Assembly (NCBI GenBank): GCA_032718475.1
Contig: JAUCBJ010002743.1
Location: 1-52,864 of the forward strand
DNA length: 52,864 nt
DNA from: Nemertoderma westbladi
Taxonomy: Eukaryota; Animalia; Xenacoelomorpha
Direction of reading: 5' to 3'
Made by a program: the position numbers and the translations under genes. Under the pieces are notes generated by a model. It did no database searches and was not told the DNA's origin. It saw nothing but the letters and a program-made list of their open reading frames with translations. Positions 12,627 through 23,532 of the stretch are shown piece after piece. Positions within the stretch are counted from its first letter, which is position 1; each line of letters begins with the position of its first letter.

Positions 12627-14380
12627 TATTTGTCGTCTTTTGAAATTTGTCGAATTTAAAGCTTTCGAGAATTCGAACTTTTAACGTACTTTAAGACAGC
12701 ATGAGTTCAACTGACTCTTCCTAGAGGGCTAATTGACTAAAGTTAAACGTATTATTTCATATCTTTGTTATTATACCGTTCGTATATAAGACCCCCAGAT
12801 CCCTTCCTATAATAAAAAGCAGAAACTTGGCATAATAATGTTCTAGATAAATAGCTGTATCGAGGTTCATTCGTCTGTAGTGCTCCACACGAAATGTCTA
12901 AGTGTATTTTATAAACCTCAGTTTTTATTTAGTACGAGTAGCGAGACCTCTAGTATTCACTCCGTTATTGTTGGTGGTGTTGTTAATTTCCAGTTGGGTT
13001 TTGGCTTTATAATGATTCATACGGCGCAGTGGCGAAGTTGGTAGAGCGTTGTAGATTAAAATTGAGCAATTCTATTCAAAAATCGTTATTTACGAAATTT
13101 AATAAAACCGCCAATAAGAATAAATCAAAGAGAGGGAGTTCCCCCCTCCTCGCTTCAACCGCCCTCTTAATCTGCACGACTGCACCACCTCAACCCAAAG
13201 GGGCACAGAGGATTAATGAAAGGCAGAGGTATTAACAGGAAATTAGTGTTTTAAATTTTAGGCATAGAGGCGACCCAATTGGTAAAAATTATTACAACTT
13301 ACCTTATGCCGATAGTATTGATACTGAAATATTAATGTATCATGTCGACACCTCAAAGAAATTATTTAGCTAATTATTCTAGAATCACAATGAAATACTC
13401 AGGCAATCATTTTGCGAGATAAACAGTAAGCAAGCTGGCTTACACTTGGCACCTTAAACTAGTAGTCAGATAATAACCCGTTGCCAAGTATTGGTGAGAT
13501 GATTGGAATGGTTCCCAACTATAGGCAATAGCAAGCATGCCATGAGGGAGGTATCGAGTGACGGGATGCATTTTAATAACTTAATTACGTTTAGATTAAT
13601 TAAAAACACATTTCTTAAAGCAAATCACTTGAACTAATTAAAAACTATAATGGAATGGGGTATGGGGATTACAGCTGTATAATTTTTAAGTATAATTATT
13701 TACATCTTATACTATAAAATAATAATACCTTTACCGTCACCACCTAGAGTTGCATCACCTTCCCCTGAGAAGTAACGTTGCGCCGTCCAGACGCTTTCCG
13801 CCGTTTCTGCTCAAACAAATTGGCTCTCGAGTAGAAGGGATGTCTCCAGACGTAATGCTCTGTAAATGATGTCGTTTCCAAGCTGGTGATGTACATGCCT
13901 ACTCTTGTTATGCTTACAGATGAGAGCGTGATGGGCTGAGGCATCTATGGCAGCGCCACACAAACAAGTGTGAGCTGTGCAGACTAGTGCGCCAAGTCGT
14001 AGCGCCACGGCCATATCAAACTGTTCATCTGTGAGCCTCAGACCAAGAGTAGCTGACGGGAGGGCATTCAGCCAATCTCCGGATACTGGAACCTGACAAC
14101 CCCTCAGTTGTGCGGTGTTTGGTTGGTCTGCAATACTTATCAGGGCCTAAGATATTCAGTTGCTATTAGGTCTAGCCAATTCCTTTGTCTTTTGGAGTTT
14201 TCAGGGATTTCACTATTAGGGGCTAGCTGTTCCCATATGTTGCGTGCTTCTAAGGCCTCAGCTGGTTCCGGGAATTTCCCTCCAATGATATCTTCAATGA
14301 GCAAACTTTTACTATATAGAGAAGAAAGATAGGTAGGTACATGGGGCTGTGGAAGCAACAGAGGGTACTCCTAAACCCCC
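12627..14380 (+). repeat. Local direct duplication, copy 2
   Basis: Near-identical to 7097-9205, with an internal deletion of about 360 bp at 13734. Confidence 0.9.
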
Positions 14381-15700
14381 ACGCCGGCAAGGCAGACGTG
14401 CTTGTTGATGGACCTTTTCAGACATATTAACATTTGCAATGTTAACTTCAAGAGATTGTCTAAATCTAATAGTCATCTGGATGTTCGAAAGTTGGGGAAG
14501 TTCTGAGCCAGTAGGTGAGCTTTGGCATTGAAAAGCAGTTGCGGAGGAGGAAGAACGCATCATGATGTTTCAGTAGCTTTTAATCTGAATTGAAAAACCT
14601 CAAAGGTGTTATAAATATACAATGTAAATAAGACAATATGATAATGCTCTCCATAGCGAAAAATATCAACCGGCCCTATTGGGGCTCGAATATTACATTG
14701 TATATTTAATACACCGCGTCACTCACCCCACAACAATTCACTTATTATTATTATTATCAAAGGTGTTATGTTTCTCCAGCAGTGCTGTTTTTGTGGCTGC
14801 AAATCCCAGTGGGGCTCCGAGGGGGACCAGAACATCTGGTGTTGTCTCCCTGATTGACTCATAAGAGACCTAGATGGCTGAAAGAATTAGTTGGGGTGTT
14901 GTGATTGATCTTTGCTGATGACTAATCATGGCTCGGAAGTGTTTTAACTGGTTTAGTATGTTCTGCCATTGACCAGCAAGGGTAATATCGTCAATGTACC
15001 CTAGTTGAGTGTAGTGGAAATTTTTTCCAACTCGGGGTTGATGCTAAGGCAGAAGCCGAATACTGCTAGAGGGTCACCCTGCTGGAAACCTTCTACAGGA
15101 GAGATGATGGATTATCAGAATGTGAGGAAGGTCCGTAACAAACTTTGAAGAAGGGCAATAATTCTGGGGCCTTCAAAGCAATACAATTTGCTTGGTCCCT
15201 GCGAAGAAAGTTGAAGGCATTCGAGAAATCTAATTTTACTATAAAATCATCATCATTGGCACTGGTTAGGCCAAATTTCTGAGTGACTGTGCAGCCGATT
15301 AAGCACCTCCTGGAACCCCAAACCCTAGCTGTACAACAGGATGAAATTCTGGTCCGAATTTTTGAGTAATTGACTGAATAGCACACTTAGCTGAAAACCT
15401 ACGTATTGTTTCGCCAACAGCGATTGGTCATATCCCTCCATCTTGTTTGTTGAAGGTAATTAGTGAAGCTCCTGAGAAGATGGGTCTAATGGAGGCTGGG
15501 ATCTCTCCTGAGAGTACAACATTAATCAGTGAAGTGAGAGATGTTAGGAAGCTTTCCCCCGGTTCTCCGGTTCTTGGTGATATTATATCCGGGAGGTGTT
15601 GTGGTTTCAGACCTGATAGGCCAGCTGCTGAACCTGGGCGGAAACTATTTATCGCTGCTCTAACTAAGGCTACCGAGATGTGAATTATTGATAGTAACAA
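13735..15700 (-). mobile_element. CRE-clade non-LTR retrotransposon, RT plus restriction-like endonuclease region, decayed
   Basis: SFRPGSAAGLSGLKPQHL, PIAVGETIRR, KLDFSNAFN, QQGDPL, YIDD, QARLPCRRGGLGV, CLCG...HHALIC. Many frameshifts. Confidence 0.85.
14613..14756 (+). mobile_element. Short retroposed insertion with 13-bp target-site duplication and (TTA)n tail
   Basis: TCAAAGGTGTTAT occurs at 14600-14612 and 14757-14769. The insert ends in TTATTATTATTATTA. Confidence 0.8.
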
Positions 15701-16262
15701 TGTGTTGGCAAGCTGTATTTGTCGAGGTATTTGTTATTATACATTTATTATAGGAAGGGATCTAGCTACTCTATCACTATAGCTAGCTACCTTTAAAATA
15801 AACACTAGCTACCATACTAAAAAATAATAGCTAACCTCTCTCAGAAGGTGAAATTTACGTTCTAGAACACAAAATATCATGATAATATCCATTAACATGG
15901 TCAAAAATTGACCAAAAATTTGGTTTTGTAATTTTAAAAACAGTCGCTACCTAAAAAACCACTAGCTACCATAAAAAAACACTAGCTAACGTCTCACAGA
16001 AGATGACAGTTATGTTCTAAAATAAAAAAAACCTCATGAATATAGCCATTAAAATGGTAAAATAAATGGTCAAAAAGTGGGTACCCATAACATAGTAAAA
16101 TGCCTACATTCAAAAGACAAAAAAAAAGCCGACGGAGGTGGCTAAATATTGCCAAATAGACGTTTTTTTTACGGCTTTGTTGTATTGATATAGCTGAGAA
16201 ATGGAAAAATCCGGCTCTGGCAGCAGAAAGACAGTTGTCTAACTATCATAATAATATAATTA

Positions 16263-16767
16263 TTTATTACATGGAAAAAGTATAACTTTTTCACTATTCT
16301 CAAGGCATTTTATTTACCCAGCGCGAGCGAGGTTAATAAAGGGTCGAGAGAATATTGAATAAAATAGGATTTTTAATTTAACGTAATTTTATTTATTCTT
16401 AAATTTGTTGCTCAATTCCTTAATAAAATATAGAGCGATATAATATACTGTAGTGTTACAAAATGTATTTTTAATTAAACGCACTGTATTTTACTATTGC
16501 TTCCATAGTTACGGCGATTCAAATTATTGTACTCTCTAACTCCTGATGCTGACCTACTCAATGTTAAATAATTTTGTGTTCTCGAATATTTATTACGTAA
16601 CTGGAGAACCGTTTAACTACATAAACCAATATTGAATATTGAGTTCCGTTTTTGAGTTCGCCTTGCAGACTCTACACTTGCAATAACTTTTGAGTGTTTG
16701 AATGGATTTTGCTCAAATTACGTGCAAACCTTTTCTACGTCGATGCTTTTTCAACACATGTAATAAA
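16263..16767. mobile_element. Possible non-autonomous DNA element with short IR and subterminal hairpin
   Basis: TTTATTACATG / CATGTAATAAA inverted pair. Imperfect hairpin near 16295-16355 around CGCGAGCGAGG. Confidence 0.35.
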
Positions 16768-17289
16768 ATTTAAGAAATTCCATCAAAAATATTTTATTTT
16801 ACCTTTTTCGCCGGGAAAAAAGTAAAATCAATGCAATCCTATTGATAACTTTTTTTCCCTAGGCAAAAAGTGAAACTTTTTCTCCCGATTTTGGGGTAAT
16901 TCGAGCGGAAAAGTAACAGTTTAAGAATGTAATCTTGTTACTTTTAAGTTTTGTAACAAAATTAGTAATTACACCATCTAAAAGACATAATTTCTATACT
17001 TTCTTTATGCAGTATGCAATGCATGCATGACTGACATACTGGGATATACTTCGTAGGCGTGTGGAGTAGTGACATACTGGGAAGTAATGTAGGACATGTT
17101 ATAAAGTTGGAAAATATGTGGTAAATGAAATAGACATAAAAAAGCAATTTATTAGCCTTGTGACTATTGAACTCGTGAATGAAACTCGTTTCATTAAAAA
17201 ACAAGTGTAAATGTGGTCGTGATACAGAAAATGAACAGGTTTTTGGTTATTGGGTAAACAGTTTAAGCGTAAATAAGAGATATCAAAGC

Positions 17290-17450
17290 AAGCAAACAGT
17301 CGGTCGAAGTCGGAAGCAATCCGAAGCAAACAGTTAGTCGAAGTCGGAGGCGATCCGAAGCAAACAGTCAGTCGAAGTCGGAGGCGATCCGAAGCAAACA
17401 GTCGGTCGAAGTCGGAAGCGATCCGAAGCAAACAGTCGGTCGAAGTCGGC
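17290..17450 (+). repeat. 34-bp tandem repeat, about 4.7 copies
   Basis: Unit AAGCAAACAGTCGGTCGAAGTCGGA(A/G)GCGATCCG, with no spacers. Confidence 0.9.
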
Positions 17451-17489
17451 CGCAGGCGACCCGAACGCTCCTCTTTCGATAGCTGCTAC

Positions 17490-17637
17490 CTGAGGGAAGG
17501 GGTGGGCGTTACTTCTATTCCAATATTTGCTCCCAGTAATTTAATTAGTACTGATTTTATCGACCCCAGCCTGCACCCTTGGAACCTACAACCAATAGAT
17601 TGCAGGACCGGCGCTCAACCAACTGAGCTACCCCGCC
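17490..17637 (-). mobile_element. tRNA-derived SINE fragment
   Basis: Head GGCGGGGTAGCTCAGTTGGTTGAGCGCCGG...GGTTCC (A/B boxes) without a complete acceptor stem, followed by non-tRNA body. Confidence 0.6.
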
Positions 17638-17833
17638 TTCCTAAGGATTATACAATTTCAAAATAACTTACTAAAGAGGGAGACATTGAAAAATATTAAT
17701 CGAAATGCGGTAATAATTTACTACAGAACAGCCTCATTATAATTGTATGTATAAGTATAACAATTTGTAAAGATGCACTCTCAACTTAGTTTCCACTGCA
17801 CAACAGTGTTTACCAAGGATAATGACTACATGA

Positions 17834-20374
17834 TTACTTTTCTGGTACTTTTACATAACTACCATCGGGGGGCAGATATAACTTTGGGAATGTCATCAAC
17901 TGCTTCGCATTGAAAGCAAACTTTGCGATGCCACAGTTTTTCCTCTCATTCTCCAATTGCGTACCTTTGCTGCGGAAACTGTCCAACATATATTGGAACA
18001 TTTTTTGGTTTGATAAGGAACTACATTGCTTTGCTAAACACCGACACTGCTCCAATGTGACTGACATCGAGGTTCTGTCCTTCCCAATATTGCAGCTAGT
18101 AAATCGAACCCCACGACAATTCCTAACAAATTCCCCACACAACTCCAGTAACTCTACTTTTCTGAACCATTTCATGGACATAGGTGTATAAATGGAATCC
18201 AAGAGTTTATATAGGCACTTCTTAGTTTTGGAATCAAGAAATAATGAAGAATCTTCCGAATACTCAATTAGCCTGTTAACAAGATCCTCATTGATTTCGT
18301 CCTGCAATGATCTATTTCCAATTTGTTCCACAATAGTGGCATAATCGTTTATAGCAATGGAGACAAGAGTTGGTCGGAGTTTAATCAGTTTCCCCGTCTG
18401 TAAATCTAAAGGGATTGCTTTGAACAACACTTCTGGAATTGGCAATGTAGCGATACAATTAACCCGATCTCCAGAAATATTTGGGGTCCCAAAGCCGCCT
18501 TGGACAAGTCTGATAGATAAACCAGAGAGATTCTGTACTGCTACATAGAAATCCTGCAACATTCCCAGTTCCTGAAGGTGTGGTGTTAACAATGATTCGA
18601 ATCCTAGAAGAATTCCTGCAGAGGAAATCTGATTGAAGAAAACAGAATCCGCACACGAAACAATCTTATTGTACACGCCGCAAAGAACAGATGTAATAAT
18701 CTGCGATCTACAAATATCCCTTCGCAGTGTTATCGACTCTACAGTAGAGGCAGATGCTTGTCTTTGGCATATAATGAGAAAGTCTAGTGCGCTCTGTGAT
18801 GCAGCATAGAGTTTCTGAGCATCTTTCACATAGCACTTCACTAAGTAGAGGATATAAGGAATATCAAAGTCTGAAGCTGTATTATCATAGACACAATTCC
18901 AGATATTGTCGAAGGAACGAATTGTATTAGAAACCAGATCCATGACTGATGGTTTTGAGTGTTGGTTTAATTCAAATACACTCGATGACTGCTCCAACAA
19001 CTCATTGCATTTCAACATTGATAATTTACATTTTATGCCTTTGAGCATATTTAACACGTGCGACTTGAGTTCGACATGCGTGTAATAGACCGTAGACGTA
19101 ATAGACGTGTAGGAGGTGTCTACAGATGTCCTCAAATATTTTACATTGTCCATGAGATTCTGGGCTTGAGATATAGTGGAAGTCAATTCCGTTTGTTCAT
19201 TCATCTCTAGCAGTCTTTTCAACCCACCATTTTCGTATTTCATTGAATAGGCTGTGGGCGCACCAAAGGTGATCACATCATACACTATATTAGAATCATC
19301 TTGGATGCGGCATCGTTGTAAATGGAGGTTCAATGGTAGAAAGTCCAACTCTGTATCCGATATACGACTGCTGGATTTGAACAAGAGGCCATTATATTTG
19401 AAAAGATTGAAAAGGTTATCATTGAATCTCTCAATCCGTCTGCGGTGGGTTTGTACGACCTCATTCCTTATACGATCGTGTTCTGGGTCCAACAATACGA
19501 TGCTAATCAACTTATCAACTTCATCATGCTCCTCCTTCAGGAGTAACTTTAGATACTGTTTTGGTATCTCTAAGGTCATCCTGCTCTCTGCCATGTACTC
19601 AGTAACGCGTATCTTGGCGAATTGATACTTTTTTACGTCTATGTCGCCCCACACCGAGGACTTCCATGGTTCTTTTAGTTTTATATAATATTTTCGGTAT
19701 TTATTGTATAATACATAGTTGTGGGAAGATGGGAATGTTGGAAGGTGGATGGGAATGTGGGAAGATGGGAATGTGTTGACATTTGAATCCGTGGTACCAC
19801 TGTGAAGCAAACTTTTTGACTTTTTGTCATCATTAATCTCAAGTTGTCCTATTGGTGGTAGTGAGATCTTCTCCTTTGTATTATAACGATATTTAATAAA
19901 TAAACTGGGTAGCCTTCTCTTTCTACTCTGCAGCATATTCTGGAATTCCTGACTAGTTTCGTCTTTCCAACGACTTTCTAACTTGTGGAGTTCATAAATG
20001 GCATCACTTATATATATATATCTAAATTTAATCCAATCCTTATCATTTTTTTTAGGTTTTGGAAGAATTTTCGATATTTCTCTATGTAATCTTTGCCTTC
20101 TTAAATAGAAGAAATTCACTTTCCATTTCTGAGCTACACTATCACACCTTTGTGTATCTCCTCGACATTGTCGTGAATCCGCCAGTATTTCTTCCCAACA
20201 ATTAGTCAATATTCTTATTCTATTGAACATATTTGAAGTGAAATCTTCATCTTTGTAGTAATTTCTTGCATTGGTGCTCTTGGGGACAGACATAAGCCAC
20301 AAGTCCCCTATTGCGCATCGCAAATCGCAAAGCCAATCCCATAGCGTATCATATGGACCAAAACGAAATGCCAT
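17834..20374 (-). CDS. INPP4: Inositol polyphosphate 4-phosphatase type I/II-like protein, divergent, intronless (846 aa)
   Basis: YDVITFGAPTAY, RRDICRSQ, FESLLTPHLQELGMLQD, GVRFTSCNIGKDRTSMSVTLEQ (CX5R), KFAFN...FPKLYLPPDGSY. Confidence 0.88.
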   Translation of the reverse strand: MAFRFGPYDTLWDWLCDLRCAIGDLWLMSVPKSTNARNYYKDEDFTSNMFNRIRILTNCWEEILADSRQCRGDTQRCDSVAQKWKVNFFYLRRQRLHREISKILPKPKKNDKDWIKFRYIYISDAIYELHKLESRWKDETSQEFQNMLQSRKRRLPSLFIKYRYNTKEKISLPPIGQLEINDDKKSKSLLHSGTTDSNVNTFPSSHIPIHLPTFPSSHNYVLYNKYRKYYIKLKEPWKSSVWGDIDVKKYQFAKIRVTEYMAESRMTLEIPKQYLKLLLKEEHDEVDKLISIVLLDPEHDRIRNEVVQTHRRRIERFNDNLFNLFKYNGLLFKSSSRISDTELDFLPLNLHLQRCRIQDDSNIVYDVITFGAPTAYSMKYENGGLKRLLEMNEQTELTSTISQAQNLMDNVKYLRTSVDTSYTSITSTVYYTHVELKSHVLNMLKGIKCKLSMLKCNELLEQSSSVFELNQHSKPSVMDLVSNTIRSFDNIWNCVYDNTASDFDIPYILYLVKCYVKDAQKLYAASQSALDFLIICQRQASASTVESITLRRDICRSQIITSVLCGVYNKIVSCADSVFFNQISSAGILLGFESLLTPHLQELGMLQDFYVAVQNLSGLSIRLVQGGFGTPNISGDRVNCIATLPIPEVLFKAIPLDLQTGKLIKLRPTLVSIAINDYATIVEQIGNRSLQDEINEDLVNRLIEYSEDSSLFLDSKTKKCLYKLLDSIYTPMSMKWFRKVELLELCGEFVRNCRGVRFTSCNIGKDRTSMSVTLEQCRCLAKQCSSLSNQKMFQYMLDSFRSKGTQLENERKNCGIAKFAFNAKQLMTFPKLYLPPDGSYVKVPEK

Positions 20375-21345
20375 CGCATCTCATTCGAAATATAGAATGT
20401 ATAATTTACCGACACAATATAAAATTATTATTTGCTTGAAAACTCTTTACAGGTAGGTGTTGAGGACTAGCTAGGTATTTATTATAACGTTTGCTTATTA
20501 ATTTAACAGTTACTTTGAATGAGAAATAAATATAATATTAATTGGCAGTGAAGCTGAAGCAGAGCATTCATAAGTAAGGGAGGGCCTTGCAACTAAGGAA
20601 GGTACCAGTAGCTAGCTAGTAGAATGTGAATGCTGATTTTTACCAATTATTACCGATTTTTAGACGTTTTTTTTTTCTATTTAATGACTTTTTTTAACTA
20701 CAGTATTTATTACATGGAAATGATATCATTCCCATTTACAGGTGCTTTACCAAAAAGGTTACTTTTTGAGGCTTGAAAGTTTAGGTTTCATTATCATGAA
20801 ATAAATTACAGATGTATTTCTATGGGACACTTTATAACCCGCCTGGATTTTAAGTAATTTTGTTCTACAAAATAACAACTTAAATGTAGGACATACTCTC
20901 GTAAGAGATGTACGCCTACATGATTAAAATTAAATTATTGACTTGTTATAATTGGACGGAAGCACTTTCCTTGCACGGAGAACATTCACCTCCAGCTCCA
21001 CTAGCTATGCAGCGCAGTTTGCCAGACAACCAATATATATTCAACTCACCTTTTGGTTGTGTGGCGGCTACCTGCATAGTAGCCTAGGGTAGCCGTATTG
21101 AGGTAACATAATTTATGTTCTGGAATAAATTTCATTCATATTTTTAATATCTTTTTATATTTAATATCATTCTGCTATCCGTTGACTATCATTAAGAACC
21201 ATTCTTATTTCTTTTCAATGGCATTCTCTAAATATCTTACAACTACAACTTACGCCCACCCCCCCCCCCCCCCCCCCCCCCCCCCCCATAATCCATCACT
21301 GTATAGAGAGGTATGTTAATATTTCATTCGGTATATAATAAACTA

Positions 21346-22423
21346 CACCATACCCCCGAATATAGTGTCGCAATTCAATGTCACGACCCCCCAAAATTGT
21401 TCTCCAATTACAAATAAGATTGCAAGAAATTTGAAACAAAGAGAGACCCACTTCCTGATCACTTACTGAGTCAAAATTTTTATTTTTGCTTTCAATCTTT
21501 AGCTACAAGCGTTTAAAAAAAGGTGTCTCCGTCGATATTGCACCTGTTACACCGCAGTTATTCTTCAACCTTATAGTGATTTGTTGCTACCAATGGAAAG
21601 CTGACCTTGTTGCTACCAATGGAAAGCTGACCGTGCAAGGATTTCAAATATGTAACACGATTTGAATTTCTTTGAAAAATAAATGAGATAGGGGCGTTCC
21701 AATGTTGCATGGTTTTGCATCTTTGCGAGGCTATTTTATTCAATTTAGAAAATATATAATGTTCTGGAACAGTTAGTTTATCCAATACGTAGCTGGTCAA
21801 CAATGCAATAAGTTCCAGAATGTGGTGTATTTATTAAATAGAATAAAATAGCCTCGCGAAGGTTCAAAACCATGCAATTTAAAATGCTCATTATCGCAGT
21901 TATTTCCGAACTAAATTCATATGTTTTTACATTTGGAATCCTTGCGCGGCCAGTTTTCTAACAGCACTAACAAATCACTATAATGTTGAAGAATAACTGC
22001 AGTGGTACTGGTACAATATCGCTGGAGACACCGTTTTTTAAACCCTTGTAGTTAAAGATTGAAAGCAAAAATAACAATTATCGCTCACCCACTAAGGGGG
22101 AGGGAGGTAAAACTATCTAAGTTTCAAATTTCGTGCAATCTCATTAAAGGCCATGATACACCACAGGAGCGGCGAGCGGCAGCGGCGGGCGGCCGCGGCG
22201 AGCGGCCGCTGTGAACGGCGACTTTTGGTATGATACACTATAGGAGCAGCGAGCGGCAGCGGCCATTTGTGGTGTATCATCACACATAGAAAATAATGTG
22301 TTCTATTTTTAAAAAGTCGCCGCTCCTGTGGTGTATCATGGCCTTTAGATTTGTTGAAAAATTAGGGGTGGGGGGGGGGGGGGGGGTGTCATTGATTACG
22401 ACACTATATTCCGGGACATGGTG
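21346..22423. mobile_element. Foldback-type MITE with TA target duplication (Tc1/mariner-like ends)
   Basis: TA|CACCAT..CCCGAATATAGTGTCG ... CGACACTATATTCCGGGACATGGTG|TA. Long imperfect inverted arms around about 21790. The same TIR occurs at 34872-35138. Confidence 0.8.
22147..22345. mobile_element. Nested 199-bp MITE
   Basis: Perfect TIR of about 29 bp (AAGGCCATGATACACCACAGGAGCGGCGA) flanked by TA. An empty-site equivalent is seen at about 35050. Confidence 0.85.
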
Positions 22424-22728
22424 TATGAACAGTTCGTACCCTACCTAGAGGCCTACACTCACGGTGTGTATTTATTTCATAATAAAATGTTGGAATATTC
22501 TAGAACAAGTTGCTTCTAGATCTAATTCATAAATATTTTATTTCACAATGATGTAGCTATTGTAGTAATTACTTTAGTTTATTTGTCTGATTACAATAAC
22601 TTAGAATACGTAGTTTACATAACATTAACTTAAACAGCATTATTTATGAGAATCGTCCTCCAACATAGCCAGACCGATGTAACGATAAAAAAATATGTAA
22701 TATTACAGAAAGATACCAGATTATAACC

Positions 22729-23340
22729 ATGAAGTCTCAGAGTATATTCCTCGTTGTTGGCCTTACGTTGTTTACTTTATCGATAAACGCATATCCATAT
22801 ACCGAGGTTAATGGAGTTAAAATAAAACAGTTAATTACACAGCGATCTATTGAAGGTTGGTGGTATTGGTGCAGTTAAGGAACCCAAACTTTTGATGTTA
22901 CACGAGCATGAAAGAGCGTTCGTTGCATACGCTCTCTAAAATTTAAAATTATTTGATAGCTAGTATTTTTGTTTTTATATAGAACATTATATTGAAGAAC
23001 ATTAATAGCTAATTATTGAAAAATCTGAAAAGTGTGTGTTCTGTAGAGTCTAGGCCACAGCACTGTGTATCAATGTCAAATTTGTTGGGGTCCTTATTGC
23101 GCTAATACCTAAGGTTTAGTTGGGGACACTGTTAAAGAACTTGGTACTGAACCTGATCAGGAAACTGGAGCAGCGTGTGGAGGAGGATTGGAGATGATTA
23201 GTCAGTCAGGTAATATAGAACGAATTAGAGAAATGTTTATGACTAGCAACTTGGATGGAGGAGGTGGGCCTGCCAGGGTCAGTGAAAACCTTGGAATGGG
23301 AATGCCGACACATGGGAATACAAATAATACTAGCAACAAG
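22729..23340 (+). pseudogene. Candidate secreted-protein gene or pseudogene (exons 22729-22806 and 23047-23340)
   Basis: Signal-peptide-like MKSQSIFLVVGLTLFTLSINA, with compatible phase-0 GT/AG sites. The second exon is open except for one TAA at 23110. Confidence 0.4.
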
Positions 23341-23368
23341 GTAGGCCTAATATTTATATATGGATATT

Positions 23369-23448
23369 GGCCCGTATGGATAAAACACTTACGACGATCG
23401 TAGCTTTACGATGATCGTAAAGTTACGATCGCGTTATGCATACGGGCC
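23369..23448. mobile_element. 80-bp palindromic mini-MITE
   Basis: GGCCCGTATG.ATAA ... TTATGCATACGGGCC ends, internal palindrome, ATT on both flanks. Confidence 0.65.
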
Positions 23449-23532
23449 ATTATTGAAATTTGATACAGATGTAATTTTAACATTACTTGGACTATAAGTA
23501 GGAGGTACCGGTAGAATCAAAGGGGATCACTA

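Noticed and set aside
17290-17450. CRISPR-sized 34-bp repeats
   Set aside because: Head-to-tail with no spacers.
23110-23112. Stop-codon reassignment suggested by in-frame TAA
   Set aside because: INPP4 ends at TAA, ELOVL at TAG and NUFIP1 at TGA at expected positions, and the long ORFs have no internal stops.
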